Assembly: GCA_964200075.2 (NCBI GenBank)
Contig: CAXNAA020000012.1
Location: forward strand, 1-39,456
Length of the DNA stretch: 39,456 bases
Direction of reading: 5' to 3'
Source: Sphacelaria rigidula
Taxonomy: Eukaryota
Position 1 is the stretch's first letter, and each line of letters begins with the position of its first letter. The translations under genes and the position numbers were made by a program. This document shows positions 36,301-39,456 of the stretch, one piece after another. The notes under the pieces are model-generated. The model made no database searches. It was not told the DNA's origin and saw only the letters and a list, made by a program, of their open reading frames with translations.

Positions 36301-38198
36301 TAGGAAGATGGAACTGATTCGGGACAACCGTCTGAGAATGACGACCTCATGCTGATATTCTAGAGTTGGATCGTTCCAGACGTGCCCTGCTTGCATTCAG
36401 CAACGCTGTTTACTCGACGGACGCACCTGCAGAGCCAGGTGCAGTTCTCGGGGATGGGGCTACCGCAGTTGCATGCGATACGTCCCTTGCGCCCGCTAGA
36501 AGGTCATCTTCCATCCTGAACGATAGGAACCAACGGAGAGGGCGGGGTGTCTTCGGTCGTCGTTATTCTTCCTACCCGTAACAGAGTGAGCGCATGATGC
36601 CAGAAATGGTTTCCACAACAACTCAGACCATGTCTTGTCGGAACGAAAAAAACGCATGTCATAATCACATAAAAAAATGTGATTTTGTCAAAGAGACCAC
36701 GTTTTTTAGTTGTCTCGGAGATCTCACATGACAGCACGAACTGCCGGAAAAAACACGTTGTACAATGAGGCATGTAACAGCGAGGAACGCGGCGGAACGG
36801 TCGGCAAATTGATAATGTTTTGAACGCAGTACACTTGAGTACACTACAGTTCATTTCGCCAAAACAATGGGTCAACTCCCGAGCCCCGTCACCACGCCTT
36901 CAGTGCATCGACAATTGCTAGGAAGGGTGAAGTACCAGGCGCAACAGCTGAAGATTATTTTGACGTTGCTGGGTGAACTGCGTATACTCGGATTTTAGAT
37001 GAAAGGATCTCACTCAATATCCAAAGTGTCAGACGCGCATCGCCGTTTGCTATCTAAGCAATGAGAGTGATGGGCCACGTGCTTCCCTGTCAAGTAAAGG
37101 GATGCGATACGAGTACGTTTCTTGGGGGATCAGTGGTGTAGTACAGTGGTTGCGCTGCATTACTATATTCCCCTGCGAGAAACGTCACTTTTTGAACAGC
37201 CTACATGGCTACAAAATCCAAGAAGTCTTGACAGGAATCACGTTCCCGGGGCCAAGAGTCACAGGCGAATGTGGTCTTTTTTCTTTGCGCAGGGGAGGGG
37301 GGCGGGGCGTAACTCATTTGTTGCTTGCCTTAGCCATTCGCGGGGGATGACAGCGATTAATCATAAGCGGATGTGGTTTTGGATTTTGATTTCTCCATTT
37401 CATGACGATGGGACATGACCTCAGCGAACGCCGAGGATTATCTGCTCACCAAGGAGCATTGTCGTCTTCGATTTTGCCACTCCATGGCTTGGCTGTCACT
37501 AGACATCCCGCCAGCGCAGCTCCAGCTCCCGCTAGCTGCCGGTCCAACCCCAACAACCAGTAGCCGCCTCCATCGCCTCCGCTGGAGGGCTGTATAGGCA
37601 CCAACAACATGGCGAAACGTCGAGGAACCCATGCATTTCGAGAAATAAAATCTTATACCACTCGGTTACCGTTTGGAACTTCAGTGATATAAGTTGCCAG
37701 GTCATTTGCAAGCACCGTCAAGTCGGTTTTACAGCAGAGTTGCACTCATCGGTTCTTAAGGTGATACTATTTCACCATGTACGCATACAATTAGTGAGCT
37801 TTTGTATAGGAGAGACGTGGCTTCGGATTATCTTTCGTGAGACATCGTACAAGGTGGACAAAATCACAGATCCGGAAGCTGCCATACTACTACCAGCACT
37901 ACTAGCTCGGCGCCATGATATCACGATTTAAAGCTTTGCCGTCGCTTAAAACGACACAAGTGTGCTTCTCATGATTTAGATTGGCAGGCAAAACGGCGGC
38001 CCAGTGTGAACGTGTGCATGCTCACCATGCGGTATCTCGTGCGGACGCGATGGTATAATCTCATTGATTGGTGACTGCACAGCAACGAAACTATAAACAC
38101 CACGTAACTTTTGACTAACCTTCCCAACCTCAGCGGTGGCGGTGAATTTCCAGCCCCAATCCTCATTTGATTGGTCCGTTCTCCACTCCACGAACACT
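254..38198 (-). CDS. Giant multi-exon gene, internal portion (33 exons, ~1690 aa visible): 3 CUB-like repeats, MIB/HERC2, LamG/ConA-like and helical regions; probable HECT-type E3 ubiquitin ligase (HECT domain not in window)
   Basis: 33 exons bounded by AG acceptors and GT (2 GC) donors join in matching phase into one stop-free frame. Recognisable motifs run continuously across junctions (e.g. PPLIINAPS|FVVVFRSDQSN, TWTHVAVVQAKSR|ARIYIDG, ALNAEQ|VRILSR). The E3-ligase identity is inferred from domain content only. Confidence 0.85.
759..876 (-). CDS. Exon, start of CUB-like repeat C (HMPLVTVKDMERVLESSHPHERGTDEIFVLDFPGSDSIQ)
   Basis: cactgtag| acceptor, CAG|GTGACA donor, phase 2 to 0; ESSHP parallels ESQHP of repeat B. 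Confidence 0.9.
1128..1500 (+). repeat. Dispersed non-coding repeat, copy 1 (probable non-autonomous DNA transposon)
   Basis: Colinear with 9861-10240, including exact 18-mer TGACTCTTCGGTATTTTT (1295-1312 = 10040-10057), CATTGCRCTAGAG, ACTGTGCTTC, CTCCTGATA and CAACACYAACTTGGG. Confidence 0.75.
1875..2239 (-). CDS. Exon (AFGDAVIVSLHSEPDRP...LVDPLVGAFEALSSADATDKRPR)
   Basis: ggcggcag| acceptor, AG|GTAAGT donor, phase 0 to 2; lies within track ORF 1871-2404. Confidence 0.85.
2478..2527. repeat. 25-bp tandem duplication with 1 mismatch, intronic
   Basis: GTGAAAAGGCGRAGAGCTCTCTGCT at 2478-2502 and 2503-2527. Confidence 0.85.
2759..3100 (+). mobile_element. tRNA-derived SINE-like element, related to the one at 25003-25270
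   Basis: A-box-like TGGTACAGATGG (2782-2793), B-box-like GTGTTCGATTCCC (2826-2838), A-rich end at 3091-3100; shares its 5' leader and a central motif with the other SINE. Confidence 0.65.
4815..4947 (-). CDS. Exon (CTVVAFEYPLAYFLEATDSEAKNSGTSQNATDFVVPAKEWEGMQ)
   Basis: gtttccag| acceptor, CAG|GTATTT donor, phase 2 to 0. Confidence 0.8.
5346..5410 (-). CDS. Exon (GLHLGGEALALLGNGDAVSVER)
   Basis: gctgatcag| acceptor, AG|GTGTGC donor, phase 0 to 2. Confidence 0.8.
5869..5957 (-). CDS. Exon (DNRRTALALCDPSLWMAHACFALLGGSFQ)
   Basis: ctttcgtag| acceptor, CAG|GTGATT donor, phase 1 to 0. Confidence 0.8.
6461..6527 (-). CDS. Exon (TCEGLPRVVKVLEGCAEFERKK)
   Basis: tcccgacag| acceptor, T|GTAAAG donor, phase 0 to 1. 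Confidence 0.75.
6840..7175 (-). CDS. Exon (VQLSRVGLAHKIPRD...LAGAHIRLLRALLAKDGWSGPLSDCLRE)
   Basis: ccctacag| acceptor, GAG|GTGAGT donor, 336 nt, phase 0 to 0. Confidence 0.9.
8977..9087 (-). CDS. Exon (VLGPLLVLLVQGSLKLKLSAARLCENLLPQAPPEMVQ), helical-repeat-like
   Basis: gtgcacag| acceptor, CAG|GTAGGC donor, phase 0 to 0. Confidence 0.85.
9861..10690 (+). repeat. Dispersed non-coding repeat, copy 2 (longest), with an internal inverted repeat
   Basis: Homologous to 1128-1500 and 39009-39135; internal 22-bp inverted repeat 10472-10493 / 10605-10626 (19/22 match); right boundary approximate. Confidence 0.7.
11076..11246 (-). CDS. Exon (VRILSRTSPPPYEPAVVLEEACTDVLSLVQRCA...SPLVSPQ)
   Basis: atgccag| acceptor, CAG|GTACCT donor, 171 nt, phase 0 to 0. 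Confidence 0.8.
11947..12078 (-). CDS. Exon, putative C-terminal part of the LamG domain (DSLPNLNDYPVYLGQPPSYVSSQKSANGYLWGASTYTGALNAEQ)
   Basis: ttctgcag| acceptor, CAG|GTGAAG donor, phase 0 to 0; YLG...GYL...Y..AL..EQV resembles the LamG closing strands and helix. Confidence 0.85.
12490..12598 (-). CDS. Exon, end of CUB-like repeat B (FVVVFRSDQSNFDWGFKFTSLACVPAPNGPDDDNEE)
   Basis: aacggcag| acceptor, GAG|GTGATA donor, phase 2 to 0. Confidence 0.9.
12949..12983 (+). repeat. (CCCGT)n pentanucleotide array, probably part of a repeat element starting ~12895
   Basis: 5 perfect units, then CTCGC and one more CCCGT; further CCGT motifs across 12911-13035. Confidence 0.8.
13761..13879 (-). CDS. 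Exon, CUB-like repeat B (SVDLDEGYFGQEKYSGGRDGSHSNWPGLGGRPPLIINAPS)
   Basis: tgtggcag| acceptor, AG|GTGAGG donor, phase 0 to 2. Confidence 0.9.
14269..14368 (-). CDS. Exon, CUB-like repeat B (TWEVAVPGAVSYSITFDPMTKTEPNHDYVTFRK)
   Basis: ctccccag| acceptor, AAG|GTCAGC donor, phase 2 to 0. Confidence 0.9.
14643..14771 (-). CDS. Exon (ARIYIDGEEDTEARVPAHMLNHGMGMPKNIVESQHPYANNTDE): LamG IYIDG strand plus start of CUB-like repeat B
   Basis: atccgcag| acceptor, GA|GTAAGT donor, phase 2 to 2. Confidence 0.9.
18214..19500 (-). mobile_element. Decayed IS630/Tc1/mariner-superfamily (DDE_3-like) transposase remnant inside the 5 kb intron
   Basis: Motifs occur in the expected order on the - strand: FVFVQQNIIHRN (~19494-19456, degenerate first-Asp strand); EMLFTAR...DHRNMGADMSDV*LQKQFLPMFK*IYPRKRVMLAVDNAA (~18860-18684; DNA motif Asp at 18693-18695); IFTLPYYPTLQPSNMFW (18387-18337; PY-P-L-P-xE-xxW motif with E replaced by N). 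In-frame stops and a frame change are present. Confidence 0.75.
19767..19871 (-). CDS. Exon with LamG/ConA-like core (YSATSGQDQLFTLTTKHALQPNTWTHVAVVQAKSR)
   Basis: WTHVAVV is the characteristic LamG-like strand; taccccag| acceptor, AG|GTATGG donor, phase 2 to 2. Confidence 0.9.
20361..20500 (-). CDS. Exon (VWEVVKVHPSVGGNVIWKGASNNLPEEERNTPWSQFGVSLVGNGTLM), LamG-like
   Basis: ttctgtag| acceptor, AT|GTGAGG donor, phase 0 to 2. Confidence 0.85.
21011..21292 (-). CDS. Exon encoding a MIB/HERC2 domain (GDRVARGPKWPLGNMTDGGPGGVGRVV...VKWFLTGEEGKYKMG)
   Basis: Fits the MIB/HERC2 pattern GxRVxRGPxWxxGxxDGGxGxxGxV...VxW..G...YxxG; gcttcag| acceptor, TTG|GTGAGC donor; 282 nt, phase 0 to 0. Confidence 0.9.
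21728..21873. repeat. Short foldback/MITE-like inverted-repeat structure
   Basis: Perfect 12-bp inverted repeat GAGAGTACAGCG (21728-21739) / CGCTGTACTCTC (21862-21873), with imperfect inward extension and an internal hairpin at 21817-21842. Confidence 0.45.
22401..22555 (-). CDS. Exon (LNTIVRGGFASTPP...REMGIRHSITFW); includes the putative first LamG strand
   Basis: gcttacag| acceptor, TGG|GTAAGG donor, phase 1 to 0. Confidence 0.8.
22896..23020 (-). CDS. Exon (LLDVLVRQMGRASANVQKRNESLGINDSLFTFVTDESKPRE)
   Basis: gttttcag| acceptor, AG|GTGAAG donor, phase 2 to 1 (in-phase alternative donor near 22845). Confidence 0.75.
23450..23850 (-). CDS. Exon with a long acidic low-complexity segment (VLEPLLEGFEE...DEVLVRKAAWCLFEVLLPRCVG...EEPTGFSHR)
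   Basis: Overlaps track ORF 23278-23850; AAG acceptor (in-frame alternative TAG acceptor ~57 nt upstream); AG|GTACGA donor, phase 2. Confidence 0.8.
24135..24223 (-). CDS. Candidate optional exon (SGLGSETQQLLLQWVRNVLDALADRVTKH)
   Basis: cgcatag| acceptor, CAT|GTGTGC donor, phase 1 to 0; amphipathic-helix-like peptide; not required for frame continuity. Confidence 0.35.
24528..24573 (-). CDS. Candidate optional exon (LLGKRVGEIADAPFQ)
   Basis: atgttag| acceptor, C|GTGAGC donor, phase 0 to 1; not required for frame continuity. Confidence 0.3.
25003..25270 (-). mobile_element. tRNA-derived SINE-like element
   Basis: On the - strand: A-box-like CGGCTAAGTTGG (25256-25245), B-box GGTTCGAATCT (25211-25201), ~190 nt non-tRNA body and an A-rich tail ending ~25003. 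Confidence 0.75.
25979..26119 (-). CDS. Exon (ECSQPRTGE...RELAVAALRALALDYDVGDHDILKGSILLE)
   Basis: tttccacag| acceptor, GAG|GTATAC donor, phase 0 to 0. Confidence 0.85.
26530..26700 (-). CDS. Exon (AWLLNSHAVSVRMTKRDERPGAHVHYLSCVEGCEPNAHLALTRQFARLVTTSLEILK)
   Basis: ttttatag| acceptor, AAG|GTGGGA donor, 171 nt, phase 0 to 0. Confidence 0.85.
29229..29383 (-). CDS. Exon (GERIMKFVQCPAEVHELERVRRCRDQRAQRRAEGLRLTRALVAAAATQPAK)
   Basis: tcgcacag| acceptor, AAG|GTGATT donor, phase 1 to 0. Confidence 0.85.
29553..29678 (-). CDS. Exon (ADLLERWKEVVDEATAMHKLKSILTYRRKAAEMRERAKKDS) ending at a GC donor
   Basis: gagcag| acceptor; CCG|GCGAGT donor gives the phase 1 needed by the next exon. Confidence 0.8.
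32041..32197 (-). CDS. Exon (ASERIVSRALFLLALPSQ...SKRRWGLLSRAGSMGRTSSQNYMTD)
   Basis: gtcaacag| acceptor, G|GTGAGG donor, phase 0 to 1. Confidence 0.85.
34168..34305 (-). CDS. Exon (AIASDAIIRT...RPVLTRGPSVYQGAEEKVITE) ending at a GC donor
   Basis: tttcaccag| acceptor; GAG|GCAAGT donor joins in frame to ASERIVSRALFLL. Confidence 0.75.
34603..34707 (-). CDS. Exon (ALTKTWRFGQQMRQYFNYGDVRDAVESQIEKQRQQ)
   Basis: gcacgcag| acceptor, CAG|GTGTGT donor, phase 0 to 0. Confidence 0.8.
35259..35418 (-). CDS. Exon (LCKAMRAKVGEDQGSVEAVNRAVYATCAALIWHQGLGSDALALAEGRVETPSK)
   Basis: attag| acceptor, AAG|GTTAGT donor, phase 2 to 0. Confidence 0.85.
35966..36200 (-). CDS. Exon (LSGASAMSAPV...RELECLLGVVDRLKDTHGSA); acceptor position uncertain
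   Basis: GC|GTGAGT donor (phase 2); several in-phase acceptors, ctcccgcag| at 36201 chosen. Confidence 0.7.
36427..36515 (-). CDS. Exon (MEDDLLAGARDVSHATAVAPSPRTAPGSA)
   Basis: cgttcag| acceptor, CAG|GTGCGT donor, phase 2 to 1. Confidence 0.75.
37450..37589 (-). CDS. Exon (PSSGGDGGGYWLLGLDRQLAGAGAALAGCLVTAKPWSGKIEDDNAPW)
   Basis: tatacag| acceptor, TG|GTGAGC donor, phase 0 to 2, open frame. Confidence 0.8.
38120..38198 (-). CDS. Exon: C-terminal part of CUB-like repeat A (VFVEWRTDQSNEDWGWKFTATAEVGK)
   Basis: ccgttcag| acceptor and AAG|GTTAGT donor (in-frame alternative donor at 38129); paralogous to exon 12490-12598. Confidence 0.85.
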
Positions 38199-38748
38199 CT
38201 GAACGGGGGAGGTCATCGCCAAGTGTACAGCGGTAAGAAATACCCGCGAGTTGCGAGATACCAAGGGTTAGTCATCTTAAAGTCATCGAGCGCTGCCATT
38301 GATTGTGTTCCTAATTATAACTTCTGTACTGAACGCGGCAAGCAAACACTCAACTGCGAGACACGCTTGGATTCTGGGAGGTTGATGATTGGACGCATTT
38401 AAATATCTTCACACGTTACAGTGAGTCGAACCTGGGCTTACATGAAAGTGGAGGTCGACCATGAAAATCTCGCCTGGTGAAAAAGTGGCCAACGGGCATG
38501 TGCACCGTCGGACAAACAATGATACTGCAAGCGCAGCGGATGATCGAGGGCAGCCGCAGTACCAATTATTGATTACTGATGAAAACACAACAAAAGGTCC
38601 GGACGCAGTTCTTTTGACGCAATGCGCGAGCGACCACGAGACAACTTGTGGGGGCAAAAGACATGCCCTGGAAAGCGTGTGGCCGTCGCTAGGCAGAGCT
38701 ATCGACTCGCGGCCGCATGTACCGGTAACACTTTCGCTAAACACATGA

Positions 38749-38777
38749 AGGGTTAGGGTTAGGGTTAGGGTTAGGGT
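38749..38777 (+). repeat. Interstitial telomere-type repeat AGGG(TTAGGG)4
   Basis: Four perfect TTAGGG units at 38753-38776. Confidence 0.9.
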
Positions 38778-39008
38778 CCATGACACGGCTCGGACGAATG
38801 AGATCATGATTCGACTCGTATTCAACATATGTACGAATCAATCATACGATTTGTACACAAGTTGAGATTTGTTTATGCTTTGGGTTCGTGATTCGTGCGA
38901 CACTGCTTGGAGTGTCCACATTCCCAGTTCGTAATTCGTGCGGTTCACCGTCGAAGGTATAGTAGTCTGAACCTGAAAAAGGAGATGTTCGTAACTTTTT
39001 GGTAGTCG

Positions 39009-39135
39009 GTGATTTTCTTTCGTTGTTTCGCGTGCCACCGCTCAACCCAGCGAGCAGTTGGTCCCGAGACAAACATCGCTCCACATTCCGAACCGAGCTG
39101 AAGTGACAGGGGGTGCTATTGACCGTTTTTGGTCC
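39009..39135 (+). repeat. Dispersed non-coding repeat, copy 3 (partial)
   Basis: Exact CGTGCCACCGCTCA at 39031-39044 and 9874-9887; TTGACCGTTTTTG shared with ~10540; CTCCACATT shared with ~1199. Confidence 0.55.
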
Positions 39136-39264
39136 AAACCACATTTCTTTTCGGCTTTGGCGCAATTAATAGATGAAATTAAAAAAAAAAGACTCCCTAA
39201 AATCTTTCATGAGATAGATCGGAATCGGTTCACCCCCGCCTGTGCTATGCAGAGCTCGGTTGGG

Positions 39265-39456
39265 CAATATTCCAAGGGTAGGTCGGGTCGGGTGTACACG
39301 ATACTCGGTATTTTTTAAAAGTCGTGCTTCTAGTACCCGAATTTTTGGTAGAGTATTGCAATCGTACCCAAACTACCCGAAACTTGGGTAGAGTATTTGA
39401 GATCATACCAAGGGTCGGACAAATAATGATTCGTCTGGAAATTACTTGGTTTTAGT
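39265..39456. repeat. Start of a repeat element with ~40-bp tandem subunits, running off the window edge
   Basis: TACCCGAA..TT.GGTAGAGTATT...ATC.TACC units at 39334-39373 and 39374-39411, preceded by GGTCG repeats. Confidence 0.55.

Noticed and set aside
38842-38972. Possible upstream exon (GSDYYTFDGEPHEL...)
   Set aside because: It has an acceptor-like site, but does not supply the WPG...PLxI segment expected before repeat A's last exon, and it abuts repeat copy 3. The true exon is probably beyond the window.
39334-39411. CRISPR-like repeat array
   Set aside because: Two adjacent diverged ~40-bp units with no spacers, in a eukaryotic intron, and no cas genes.

Overview
Eukaryotic, intron-rich genomic DNA, most likely a stramenopile and probably a brown alga. 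That call is an inference from ~1 kb mean introns, exon style, TTAGGG repeats and tRNA-derived SINEs. Almost the whole window is the internal part of one giant minus-strand gene. By hand I chained 33 exons (38198 down to 254; 5072 nt, ~1690 codons) with compatible splice phases and no in-frame stops. Start and stop codons lie outside the window. The protein has three intracellular CUB-like repeats (ESxHP...FD...TE...SDxSNxDWGxKF type), a MIB/HERC2 domain, a LamG/concanavalin-A-like domain and helical regions, which suggests a giant HECT-type E3 ubiquitin ligase, although no HECT domain is in view. The most unusual features are (i) a LamG-like domain apparently split by two nested inserted domains, (ii) two GC-AG introns, (iii) a tandemly duplicated splice donor that could make a stop-containing isoform, and (iv) an optional in-frame exon pair. 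The introns hold a decayed IS630/Tc1-like DDE transposase, two related tRNA-derived SINEs, a three-copy non-coding repeat family and an interstitial telomeric repeat. I found no evidence for a prokaryotic-type system such as CRISPR or an operon. Most ORFs in the supplied track are noise or antisense shadows of exons.
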